In this document: positions 52,436 to 61,757 of the stretch, piece by piece | How the letters are laid out: each line of letters begins with the position of its first letter | Position numbering within the stretch: position 1 is the stretch's first letter | Source of the DNA: Candidatus Latescibacterota bacterium | Lineage (GTDB): Bacteria; Latescibacterota; UBA2968 | Length of the DNA: 64,000 nucleotides | Assembly (NCBI GenBank): GCA_965198115.1 | Contig: OZ240241.1 | Span: forward strand, 3,872,001-3,936,000 | Direction: 5' to 3' | Made by a program: the position numbers and the translations under genes | The notes under the pieces: generated by a model | The model's database searches: none | The model's input: the letters and a program-made list of their open reading frames with translations, nothing else | Told to the model about the DNA's origin: nothing

Positions 52436-53469
52436 TCAACGCAGCCGTTGTCGGGTACGGGTACTCCGGTAGAGCTTACCAATCTTATCTGATTAGACTG
52501 GCGGACGGACTACGACTCCACGCGGTAAGCACGCGAGACGAAGGGCGTCAGGCTGAAGCGCGGGAGAACCATCCGGAAACGAAGATCTACTCCAATTTCG
52601 AAGCGTTGCTCGAGGATGACGACGTGGACCTGGTGGTGCTCGCGACCCCCCACAACGTCCATTGCGAGCAAGCCATTCACGCGATGAACGCGGGAAAGCA
52701 CCTGGTCACCGACAAGATCATGTGCATGAATGCCGCCGAAGCCGAACAGATGATCGCGGCTCGTGACCGCAACAATGTCCTTCTGTCGGTTTTCCACAAT
52801 CGTCGGTGGGATTGGGACTACTTGACGGTTCGGAAGGCAATCGAGGATGGTCTGCTGGGCCAGCCCTACCTGTTCAAGGTTGGGATCATGCGCTACGGCT
52901 GTCCGAGGGGATGGCGCGGCAGCCTCGAGCAGAGCGGCGGGATCCTGTTCGACTGGCCCGCTCACTTCGTCGATCAGGCCCTGATGGTGGTGGACTCGCC
53001 CGTAGAGTCGGTCTACTGCGACGTCATTTACGGAGACCATTGGCCGATCGACATCGGAAACTACGGCTCGATCTTCCTTCGCTTCGCGAACGACGTTCGC
53101 TACCAGATCGAGATCGGTAATCTCTCGGCGATCGGAATACCCCGATGGTTCGTGGCTGGTGATCTCGGGACGCTGTCGAAACCGGGGCTGGATCCGCAGG
53201 AACCCTTCCTGCGGCTTGGCTTGATCGAGGATGCGAAGGAACCGCCCGAGGACCGCGCTCGGGTTGCGAGCCATCGAAACGGCGAACCCGAAGAACTGAT
53301 CCTGGACAGCGTTCGGGGGTCGTGGAAAGATTATTACCAGAACATTTCGGATGTGCTGAACGAAGGGGCCGACCTCCTCGTGACACCGGAGCAGGTGCTG
53401 AAGGCGATGCAGGTCTACGACGCGGCGATGGCCTCTGCCGAGTCGGGGCAAACCGTCTCGCTAGACTGA
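52432..53469 (+). CDS. Gfo/Idh/MocA oxidoreductase (IolW/YdgJ-like)
   Basis: VVGYGYSG, ATPHNVH, FHNRRWD and GGILFDW.AH.VD motifs. Confidence 0.9.
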   Translation: MINAAVVGYGYSGRAYQSYLIRLADGLRLHAVSTRDEGRQAEARENHPETKIYSNFEALLEDDDVDLVVLATPHNVHCEQAIHAMNAGKHLVTDKIMCMNAAEAEQMIAARDRNNVLLSVFHNRRWDWDYLTVRKAIEDGLLGQPYLFKVGIMRYGCPRGWRGSLEQSGGILFDWPAHFVDQALMVVDSPVESVYCDVIYGDHWPIDIGNYGSIFLRFANDVRYQIEIGNLSAIGIPRWFVAGDLGTLSKPGLDPQEPFLRLGLIEDAKEPPEDRARVASHRNGEPEELILDSVRGSWKDYYQNISDVLNEGADLLVTPEQVLKAMQVYDAAMASAESGQTVSLD

Positions 53470-53569
53470 ACGGCGCCACCGAGATCACTGAGGACACTCA
53501 GAGTCGTGAGACTGAAGGGGGCTTTCCGGTCAGAAGACTTGGCGGATCCTTTGCGATGACTATCGCGGA

Positions 53570-53750
53570 CCGTTGGCCCGCGCCGAAACCTGCCCCAATT
53601 TTAGCCCAGCCCGTTGGGCTGGGCTGAGATATTTCGGGCCACCCACCGATCATCCCGGAAGGTCCACTCGCGCCTTTGGCCCTCGACTGGTTGATCGGTT
53701 TCAAGCGCCAACGACGCGACATACTTTAGCCCCGGGCGCGGCCCTGGGTT
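53570..53750. repeat. Cluster of intergenic palindromes
   Basis: AGCCCAGCCCGTTGGGCTGGGCT and AGCCCCGGGCGCGGCCCTGGG; related to 1103-1150. Confidence 0.55.
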
Positions 53751-53799
53751 TCCGGGCAGCTGTTAGGAAATGCGGCCTGTAGGCCGCGATAGCATCACG

Positions 53800-54996
53800 A
53801 TGCCATACACCGATAAAGACAACGGCCTGACTATCGACGCTGACTTCCCCTGTGGAAGCGCTGGCGGGATCCGCAAGATGGGGGGTGATCGGTACGAGAT
53901 TTTACCGAAGCCCGAACCGGTTCCCGATTGGTTCTATGAAGCGCTTCGAGTGAATTTCGGTGGCGCCGGCGTGCCCTGCGAGTACGCCTTCAACGTGCGA
54001 TTACACGCTGAGCGGGCGACACGGGCATCTCTCCGATTCCATTTTTCAGAGACGAACGGAAACCGGTATATGGATCCACCTTACTGGCTTCGAAGGAATG
54101 GCCGTTGGTGGATCATCAACAGTCAGAACGTCAGCTTCGAACCGAGGGAGCATGTCGACATCGATGTAGACCTCTTTGCGAGTGAGACGGTCTACGTCGC
54201 CAACAAACCCTATGTGAGTCCTGAGACTGTCTCTGCGGAGTTGGCTGAGATTGTGCGAGAAGTCGAGGGGTTCGACATCCACTTGGCCGGTGAGACAGCA
54301 GAGGGCCGGCCGATCGAAGTCCTGCACACCCAACCTCGGGATGAATCGATCCTGATTCACGCCACGATGCAGCCCGCCGAGCCGGCCGCGCGCCCTGTCT
54401 TGGCTGTTGCCCATTGGCTGACGGATCGCAGCGACCTGACAGAACGGTTGCGCGATCGTTTCCAGTTCTGCTTCGTGCCAATGCCGAACCCTGATGGGGC
54501 CCATCACGGGCGATCGGTGACAAACAATCGAGGCGAGGTCCCGATGTTCAGCTTCGAGCATTTTCTGAACGGGGAGGGTGCGCCGAAGGAAACGGAAGCC
54601 TTGTGGCGATTCGCGGAGGGCCTTCAGCCGACGGGATTCGTCGAATTCCACACGCACTATCAGGACACGCGCCCCCACAAGCTCAATCCACTCGCGCTCG
54701 AGTGGTTTCCGGAAGAAGTGCACGACCGCGTAAGCTACACTGACGAAAGACTCCTATCCGTCAACGACGCCTGGCGCGTGACGACGATCGAGAAAGACAC
54801 GCCGCTTTGTCGAGCCGGGAAGTTTGCGAACCTGGCCGAACGATTAGGAACGATCACTTACTGTTACCAGATCTACGCGTTGACCGAAGAGGCCACGTGT
54901 GCGCACGCGATCACGGCGACACGGGCGCTGGCTAAAGGCCTCGCTGGACCGGATTGGGTTGTCGTTAAACCACCATCGAAGATCGAGGAAGGATAA
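53800..54996 (+). CDS. M14 zinc-carboxypeptidase-like protein
   Basis: IDADFPCGS N-domain; GETAEGRPI, MQPAE, PMPNPDG and EFHT motifs. Confidence 0.78.
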   Translation: MPYTDKDNGLTIDADFPCGSAGGIRKMGGDRYEILPKPEPVPDWFYEALRVNFGGAGVPCEYAFNVRLHAERATRASLRFHFSETNGNRYMDPPYWLRRNGRWWIINSQNVSFEPREHVDIDVDLFASETVYVANKPYVSPETVSAELAEIVREVEGFDIHLAGETAEGRPIEVLHTQPRDESILIHATMQPAEPAARPVLAVAHWLTDRSDLTERLRDRFQFCFVPMPNPDGAHHGRSVTNNRGEVPMFSFEHFLNGEGAPKETEALWRFAEGLQPTGFVEFHTHYQDTRPHKLNPLALEWFPEEVHDRVSYTDERLLSVNDAWRVTTIEKDTPLCRAGKFANLAERLGTITYCYQIYALTEEATCAHAITATRALAKGLAGPDWVVVKPPSKIEEG

Positions 54997-54998
54997 TC

Positions 54999-56783
54999 GT
55001 GGACCTCCCAGGGATCACCCGGATCGAAGGAACGTGCAGCACTTACGTCGTAGCCCGTGACGGTCGAGGATTGGTCATCGATTGCGGACAGTTCGCGCCG
55101 CAGGAGGTGACTCAGCTTTCGGGGGTCAGCGAAGTCGACCAGCTGTTGCTGACGCACTTCCATCGCGACCAGTGCGGCAGTGCGCCGCGGTGGGCTAGCG
55201 AGAACATTCAAGTCTCTTACCCTTTCCCGGAGAAACGGTTCTACGAAGATGGGGATGTGATTCGTGCAAGCTACGACACTTACGACAACTACAAGTCCTA
55301 CTACCAGACGTCCGGGCCGGTCGATGACATCGATGGCGAAGCGCTCGTGGATTACGACAAAGTGGCGTGGCAAGGTCTGGAGATGCAGGTCATTCCCCTT
55401 CCCGGGCACACCTTCGGGTCCGCGGGGTATCTTTTCGAAACGGATAGGGAACGGCTACTCGCCTGTGGGGACCTGATGGCATCGCCGGGGAAGCTTCACG
55501 AGTACTATTCTTCCCAGTGGGCGTATATGACGTTTCAGGGCCACGTTAATCTGATGGAGAGCCTCGAGACGGTAAGGAACCTTGGAGTCGACTGGATTCT
55601 TCCGGGTCACGGAGAACCGTTCGAGGCTGAGGATACGGCTTTTACCGATCTTCGCGTGCGGTTGGCCGAGCTCTACGAGCTTTTCTACGCAACACCCTAC
55701 GAGGATTTCAAACCGATCTTTCGCCAGCTGTCGGACCACGTGTTCGAGGTCAGCAACTCGGCTGCTTACACCTACATCGTGAAGGACGACGAAGGCCACG
55801 GGCTGTTCATCGATTCCGGTTACGTGGGGAACGCGCCGATTGCGAGTAATCCACATCGCTACATCGATCATCTGACTCACAGGCTGGAGCCAGAGATCGG
55901 CGTGACCGACGTTGAGTGGTTTGTGCCCTCGCACTACCACGACGATCACCTTGCGGGGTTGCCCGCGCTCCAGGCCAGGTATGGCACGAAGGTCGCGACC
56001 GCACCGGAGCTGGCGGACATTATCGAGCATCCGGAGCGATACGATATGCCGTGTCTCGTGCCGTATGGGACGAAAGTCGAGCGGGTTGTGGCACGTGACG
56101 AAGTGTTTGCCTGGCGGGGGGTCGATTTTCGGATCGAACAGTATCCGGGTCAAACGTGGTATCACAACCTGATCACGTTCGATGTGGACGGAAAGCGGTA
56201 CCTGGTGATCGGGGACAACGTCTCGGGGCTGACTTTCCGTGAACAGCGTGATTGGATCCACTCCTTCATCCCAAAGAATCGAACGCCTGTTTCCAGCTAT
56301 CGAGATATGCCGCGGCAGATCCAGGAGCGGAACCCGGACACGATTCTGACAGGACACGGTGGGGGTGTTCCTTACGAGCCTGCGAAAATCGAGAAGTGGC
56401 AGACGTGGATGGATCGGTGGACAGAGTTGTTCACGGACATCATCGATCAGCCGCATCCCAACCTCGGAATGGATCCGCATTGGGTGGAGTTTTATCCATT
56501 CAAGGTACGTGTGAAGCCCGGCGATGAAGCGGGATTCGAGATCCGCGTCAGGAATCACGAGCTGGAGAAACGCACGGGATCCATTACTCTGGTCACGACC
56601 GAAGGCGTGTCGGCGACCCCCGGGCATCTGGACATCGAGGTCGAGGCTGGCGACACGAAGTCATTCGGGATCGTCGCGAAAATGCCGGTGGAAACGCGCT
56701 CGCATAGTTGGACGATTGTCGCAGACGTGACGTGGAACGAGAAACATCTCGGTGGGATCGCTGAGGCGGTCTGTTATTGGTAG
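54999..56783 (+). CDS. Tandem MBL-fold metallo-hydrolase with C-terminal Ig-like domain
   Basis: THFHRDQ/PGHT/LPGHG in domain 1; SHYHDDH/PGQT/TGHG in domain 2. Confidence 0.85.
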   Translation: MDLPGITRIEGTCSTYVVARDGRGLVIDCGQFAPQEVTQLSGVSEVDQLLLTHFHRDQCGSAPRWASENIQVSYPFPEKRFYEDGDVIRASYDTYDNYKSYYQTSGPVDDIDGEALVDYDKVAWQGLEMQVIPLPGHTFGSAGYLFETDRERLLACGDLMASPGKLHEYYSSQWAYMTFQGHVNLMESLETVRNLGVDWILPGHGEPFEAEDTAFTDLRVRLAELYELFYATPYEDFKPIFRQLSDHVFEVSNSAAYTYIVKDDEGHGLFIDSGYVGNAPIASNPHRYIDHLTHRLEPEIGVTDVEWFVPSHYHDDHLAGLPALQARYGTKVATAPELADIIEHPERYDMPCLVPYGTKVERVVARDEVFAWRGVDFRIEQYPGQTWYHNLITFDVDGKRYLVIGDNVSGLTFREQRDWIHSFIPKNRTPVSSYRDMPRQIQERNPDTILTGHGGGVPYEPAKIEKWQTWMDRWTELFTDIIDQPHPNLGMDPHWVEFYPFKVRVKPGDEAGFEIRVRNHELEKRTGSITLVTTEGVSATPGHLDIEVEAGDTKSFGIVAKMPVETRSHSWTIVADVTWNEKHLGGIAEAVCYW

Positions 56784-56969
56784 AAAAACGGACCACAGAT
56801 GAACATCAATGAACACGAATGTTGGAGGAACGCCCGGGGCCCCAGGCCCTAATCGGGAAGCGAATCTCAGGCGGATCGAAACAACCGGCTTCCGAATGTC
56901 GATGGGATTCCTTCGCAGGGGTGTTTAGGATACGGTCACGTGGCTTAATCCCCATGATTCCAGTCTTTT

Positions 56970-56997
56970 CTTGGTGTCTTGGCGTCTTGGTGGTTCA
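56970..56997 (+). repeat. 9-nt period tandem repeat
   Basis: CTTGGTGT CTTGGCGT CTTGGTGGTTC; an inverted relative lies at 56792-56820. Confidence 0.6.
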
Positions 56998-57041
56998 AGC
57001 CTTTCAATTTCCTGATTCCATAATTTCCCAATGGAGCTCCA

Positions 57042-58622
57042 ATGTCTTTCTCCTGGACCTTCCCCTACCCCTCGCAGCGAATGCCCGTCTTCGCCCGCTA
57101 CCTCGTCTGCACTTCACAGCCGTTGGGTGCTCAGGCCGGCTTGCAGATGTTGCAGAAGGGGGGCAACGCCGTCGACGCCGCCCTCGCAACGGCTATCACG
57201 CTAACCGTCGTCGAGCCGACGATGAACGGTATCGGCAGCGACGCTTTCGCCATTCTGTGGGACGGAAAGCAGCTTCACGGATTGAATGCCTCGGGTCGCT
57301 CGCCCAAGGCCTGGTCTCCGGACTACTTCGCAGGACACGACACGATGCCGACCCAAGGGTGGGACGCGGTCACGGTTCCGGGCTGCGTCTCTGCTTGGGT
57401 CGCGCTCTCCGATCGCTTCGGCAAGCTGCCTTTTGAAGACCTGTTCGAGCCCGCCATCCGCCACGCCCGAGATGGATGGATCGTACCCCCCATCGTCGCT
57501 CGATCGTGGAACGCAGCCACAGAAACCCTGGGGGGCTCGGCCGATTTTCGTGCGGCTTTCATGCCAAACGGACGTGGGCCCTACGTCGGGGAAACTTTCC
57601 GGTTCGAGGATCAGGCGCGATCGCTCGAACGAATCGCGGAAACGAAAGGCGAGGCCTACTACCGCGGCGACATCGCGGAGAAAATCGCCGCTCACGCATC
57701 GAATACCGGCGGCGCGATGACACTGGAGGATCTGGGCGCCCACGCTTGCGATTGGGTCGACCCTATCCAGACCGAGTACCGCAGATACGCCCTGCAGGAG
57801 ATCCCGCCCAACGGACAGGGCATCGCTGCCTTGTTGATGCTCGGAATGCTCGAAAACCTCGACATAGGGTCCTACCCCGTCGACTCCGCCGACAGCATCC
57901 ACCTCCAGCTGGAAGCCATGAAGCTCGGCTTCGCCGACGGCCATCGATACGTCTCCGATCCCGAAACCCGGGACATCGAGTACGACCGCTTGCTCGACCC
58001 GGGTTATCTCGCCAAGCGTGCCAAGTTGATCAACCTGGAGAAAGCCGGATCGCCAGCGCACGGCACACCGGGGCCCGGCGAAACAGTCTACCTGACCGCT
58101 GCCGACGAAGACGGAATGATGATCTCCTACATCCAGTCGAACTACATGGGGTTCGGGTCGGGTGTGGTCGTACCCGAGACAGGAATCAGTCTGCAGAATC
58201 GCGGCGCGGGTTTCGTACTCCAGGACGGACACCCCAATCAGGTGGCTGGGGGGAAGCGACCCTACCACACCATCATCCCTGCATTCACGACGAAGGATGG
58301 CGAACCCGTGATGAGCTTTGGTGTGATGGGCGGGCCGATGCAGCCGCAGGGCCACGCCCAGATGATGATCCGGATGTTCGACTACGATCAGAATCCGCAA
58401 GCCGCTTGCGACGCGCCACGGTGGCAGGTTTTCCCCGGGAACGTTGTCGCCGTCGAGGCAGGAATGTCATCCAGTGTCATCGACGATCTGAGGGCGCGCG
58501 GTCACGACGTCGAGATCGTCCACGAGGCCCGATTCGGCGGGGGTCAGCTCATCTACAAACTCGGGGATGGCTATTGCGGCGCGTCAGATTGGCGAAAGGA
58601 TGGCCAGGCGGCGGGGTATTGA
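57042..58622 (+). CDS. ggt: Gamma-glutamyltransferase family (YwrD-like)
   Basis: GGNAVDAA, ETVYL (nucleophile Thr), GFGSG, KRPYHTIIP and GVMGG motifs. Confidence 0.92.
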   Translation: MSFSWTFPYPSQRMPVFARYLVCTSQPLGAQAGLQMLQKGGNAVDAALATAITLTVVEPTMNGIGSDAFAILWDGKQLHGLNASGRSPKAWSPDYFAGHDTMPTQGWDAVTVPGCVSAWVALSDRFGKLPFEDLFEPAIRHARDGWIVPPIVARSWNAATETLGGSADFRAAFMPNGRGPYVGETFRFEDQARSLERIAETKGEAYYRGDIAEKIAAHASNTGGAMTLEDLGAHACDWVDPIQTEYRRYALQEIPPNGQGIAALLMLGMLENLDIGSYPVDSADSIHLQLEAMKLGFADGHRYVSDPETRDIEYDRLLDPGYLAKRAKLINLEKAGSPAHGTPGPGETVYLTAADEDGMMISYIQSNYMGFGSGVVVPETGISLQNRGAGFVLQDGHPNQVAGGKRPYHTIIPAFTTKDGEPVMSFGVMGGPMQPQGHAQMMIRMFDYDQNPQAACDAPRWQVFPGNVVAVEAGMSSSVIDDLRARGHDVEIVHEARFGGGQLIYKLGDGYCGASDWRKDGQAAGY

Positions 58623-58634
58623 CGGATAGAGTGG

Positions 58635-58935
58635 CTACAGTGATCTCGTCAGATATCGATCCCACAGATCCTCCGCGATGTCGAAATAGCTTTCCTGAAC
58701 ACCCAGCTTCTCGAAATACTGGCAGATCCGCTCCACGTCCCTCACCAGAAACTGAAACGCGTTCGGATTCTCTGGCGGACTCACGGCCTGCGGGAAATCG
58801 ATGACACGAAAGTCACCCTCCCAATACAGGATGTTGAAGGGCGATAGATCGCCGTGGATCAGATCGTAGGCCAGGAACGTGGCCACGTTTTCGATGATGC
58901 GATCGAACAGGAGCCGCCCTTCACTCCGTTCTGGA
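58635..58935 (-). pseudogene. C-terminal fragment of a RIO1-family kinase
   Basis: LIHGDLSPFNIL, VIDFPQAV and RDVERICQYF motifs; the N-terminal lobe is missing. Confidence 0.82.
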
Positions 58936-59708
58936 ACCGCTCGAGCCCGGGATCGAATCGATTCAGACCGCCGTCGGTCCCCACCCAGATAAATCCCGCG
59001 TCGTCCTCGATCAGACTCGTCACCGTGTTCTGACTCAGGCTGGCCGGATTGTCCGGCTCGTGGTAGTAACGTTTGAAACGTCCCGTCGTCGGATCCAACC
59101 GATTCAGGCCATCGTGCGTCCCCACCCAGATGTTCCCCCGTCGGTCCTCGAGCAACGCATAGATGCGCCCGTCGCTCAGACCGTCATCTTCCTCAGACGG
59201 CGGATAGCTCTTGAACTCCTCCGTGGACGGGTCGAAGCGGTCCAGGCCTTCCCCGAACGTACCCACCCAGATGATCTGGTCGCGCGAGACGTGAAGCGTG
59301 AACACGGCGTCGCTCGACAGTCCTCCCTCGGCAGTCTCGTCGTGCCGATATCCCCTGAAGCTGTCGGTCCGTCGATCGTAATGGTTCAGACCACCCGAAA
59401 TCGTCCCGATCCAAAGATTTCCCGCCTCGTCCTCCACCATCTCCATCACATTGCTATCACTCAGACTCGCCGGATTGTCCGCCTCAGGTTGATACGTCTT
59501 GAACGTATACCCATCGTACCGAACCAACCCACTCGGCGTACTCAACCACAAAAACCCCAGATGATCCTGGATCATCCATCGGATGGCATTAACCGGCAAA
59601 CCGTCTTCCACCGAAAACTGGCGAAATCGGATGGGCTCTGCGCTGCTTGTGGAAGATCCAAATAGCAGCGTCACACACAGGAGCATAGACCGTATCAGAA
59701 ACGTCATC
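58936..59708 (-). pseudogene. N-terminal fragment of a hybrid two-component sensor (Reg_prop beta-propeller)
   Basis: Signal peptide; FSVEDGL, QDHLGFLW, GLVRYDG and repeated SLS.N..ED..G.IWVGT..GLNRFD; truncated at the RIO fragment. Confidence 0.82.
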
Positions 59709-60002
59709 GTTCGACCTTTGTTCGGTGAATGGCGTCGTCGAATCACAGGAAAAAGATAGGGAAAGGTCCCGTCCCGATACAAGAACCCGCAGCTCGATGC
59801 GAATCCCGTAATCGTCCCAGTCCACAAGGGAATTAGAAGGACCCCTAACACAAAATCCCATCGGTGCAATGAAAAGCGGGCCCGAACGTGTGCTCGAGCC
59901 GTAGAACAACTGCGATACCTATTTCACCTTTCTTTTTTCACTTGTCATAGGTCAATGGTCAATGCACCCGTTATGCGCGCAATGCCAAGTTCGCGGCCGG
60001 GA

Positions 60003-60136
60003 GGTATATCCTGAGCCCCTCGACGGAGCCTGTGCCGAGCGAAGTCGAGGTGCTCGGGATAAACTCCGTCGAAGGGCCGCTCCCACCGGCAACGGGGCGA
60101 GCCATCTGTGAAGCTTGCCCCGAGCGAACGCGAGGA
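60003..60136. repeat. Triple-nested micro-elements (60003-60076) plus a fourth copy (60113-60136)
   Basis: TATCCTGAGC[CCCTCGACGGA{GCCTGTGCCGAGCGAAGTCGAGGT}GCTCGGGATAAAC]TCCGTCGAAGGG. Confidence 0.8.
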
Positions 60137-60308
60137 GTCCACCCTCTACCGCCGACCGCCCACTTCCAAAGAGGCGAAGCCGCCTCTCCGTCCCCCGTCA
60201 ACCACCTGCCCGCCGTAGCGACGCAGTCACGAAGGTGGGTCAGCTGCATCACTCTCCGTATATTGCTCCGTCGTCCGGCCCTTCTACCAAACTCCGGAGA
60301 GCCACAGC

Positions 60309-61622
60309 TTGACTCGACTACCCGCACTATCGCAGAGCCCCCTCCTCCGCTACATCACCTTCCCCATCCTGTACGTCGCGCAGGGCCTCCCCTACGGTCT
60401 CGTCCTCGTCGCGCTGCCGGCCTGGCTGGCCAAACAGGGCCTCGGCACAGCCGAAATCGGCGGATTCACGGCCATCGTTGCGCTTCCCTGGAGCCTAAAG
60501 CTCATCGGCGGACCACTGATGGACCGCTTCTGCTATCTCCCGATGGGTCGGCGTCGGCCTTGGGTCGTGGGTGCCCAGATTGGCCTGTTCATCTCATTCT
60601 GCACCCTGGCCGCCGTGCCCGATCCCGCTTACAACCTCACTCTGCTGGCCGCAATCGGATTCGTCACGAACATGTGCGCCGCCTTCCAGGACGTCGCCGT
60701 CGACGGAATGGCCATCGACGTCGTCCCTGAAGATCAACGCGCGCGCGCGAACGGCTTCATGTTCGGTGGACAGGGATTGGGGATCGCATTCTCAACGGGC
60801 GTCGGGGGCACCGTGATGAGCAGCCACGGATTAGGCGCGGCCATCGCGCTCAACGCCTTGTTTCTCGCAGTCATCGTCCTCTTCCCGATTTGTCTGCGAG
60901 AACGGCCAGGCGAAAAGCTGCTCCCCTGGACCGAAGGCACCGCATCCCCTGAATCCATGGAGATGCAGCTCCACAGCTGGGGAGACATCTTCCGCAGCCT
61001 CTTTCGCGTGGTCGTGTTGCCCGCCAGCCTGATCGGGGGCGCACTCAACTTCCTCTACCGTGGAGGCGAGGGCATCACGTGGACGGTCATCCCGGTCCTG
61101 ACCATCCAGGAGTTGGGCTGGCAGGATGCCGACTATTCTCAGATCCAGGCTTATGCGGGTGTGGCTTCTAGCATCGTCGGCATGGTCGTCGGCGCAACCC
61201 TCGTCCACTGGTTGGGCGGTCTCAGATGCGTTCTGGGGACCGTCATCCTGATGATCGTCGTTCAGGCAGCAGCTGGCATTTTCACCGACCTCTGGTACGA
61301 TCCGACATACGTGACCGCCTATTTCTTCGCACTCAACATCCTCGGGATCGTCTTCGTCGTTTCGATCATCCCCGTCTTCATGACCATCTGCTGGAAGAAG
61401 GTTGCTGCGACACAGTTCTCTTTATACATGGCCCTCGCCAACCTCGGAACCTCAGCCGGCGCAGCCGTCACCGGCCCCATCGACGCGGTTCTCGAGTATA
61501 ACGAGATCTTCCTGGCCACCGCCGCCCTCGGTATCGTCCTGATCGTCCTGACAAAGATGGTCCGAATGGACCGCCACGCTGAGAGGTTGGAAGAGATCGA
61601 CGCTGAAACGGCTGCGGCGTAG
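60309..61622 (+). CDS. AmpG-like MFS transporter
   Basis: LYVAQGLP, LPWSLK...PLMDR, GRRRPW, QDVAVDG and ATQFSLYMAL.NLG motifs. Confidence 0.9.
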   Translation: MTRLPALSQSPLLRYITFPILYVAQGLPYGLVLVALPAWLAKQGLGTAEIGGFTAIVALPWSLKLIGGPLMDRFCYLPMGRRRPWVVGAQIGLFISFCTLAAVPDPAYNLTLLAAIGFVTNMCAAFQDVAVDGMAIDVVPEDQRARANGFMFGGQGLGIAFSTGVGGTVMSSHGLGAAIALNALFLAVIVLFPICLRERPGEKLLPWTEGTASPESMEMQLHSWGDIFRSLFRVVVLPASLIGGALNFLYRGGEGITWTVIPVLTIQELGWQDADYSQIQAYAGVASSIVGMVVGATLVHWLGGLRCVLGTVILMIVVQAAAGIFTDLWYDPTYVTAYFFALNILGIVFVVSIIPVFMTICWKKVAATQFSLYMALANLGTSAGAAVTGPIDAVLEYNEIFLATAALGIVLIVLTKMVRMDRHAERLEEIDAETAAA

Positions 61623-61638
61623 TGGCTGACCGCCATCG

Positions 61639-61719
61639 CCGGGCTCTGCCCGCGTTCAGATACTTCCGTACACACACTCGCCCCCGTCCCTTCGACTCCG
61701 CTCAGGACTGCACGGGGGC
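61639..61719. repeat. Composite RAYT-type REP unit carrying a micro-element
   Basis: CGGGCTCTGCCCG + CTCGCCCCCGT[CCCTTCGACTCCGCTCAGGA]CTGCACGGGGGC. Confidence 0.72.
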
Positions 61720-61757
61720 CGAATGACACGGACGATGAGTACTGTCATCCCGGTACG

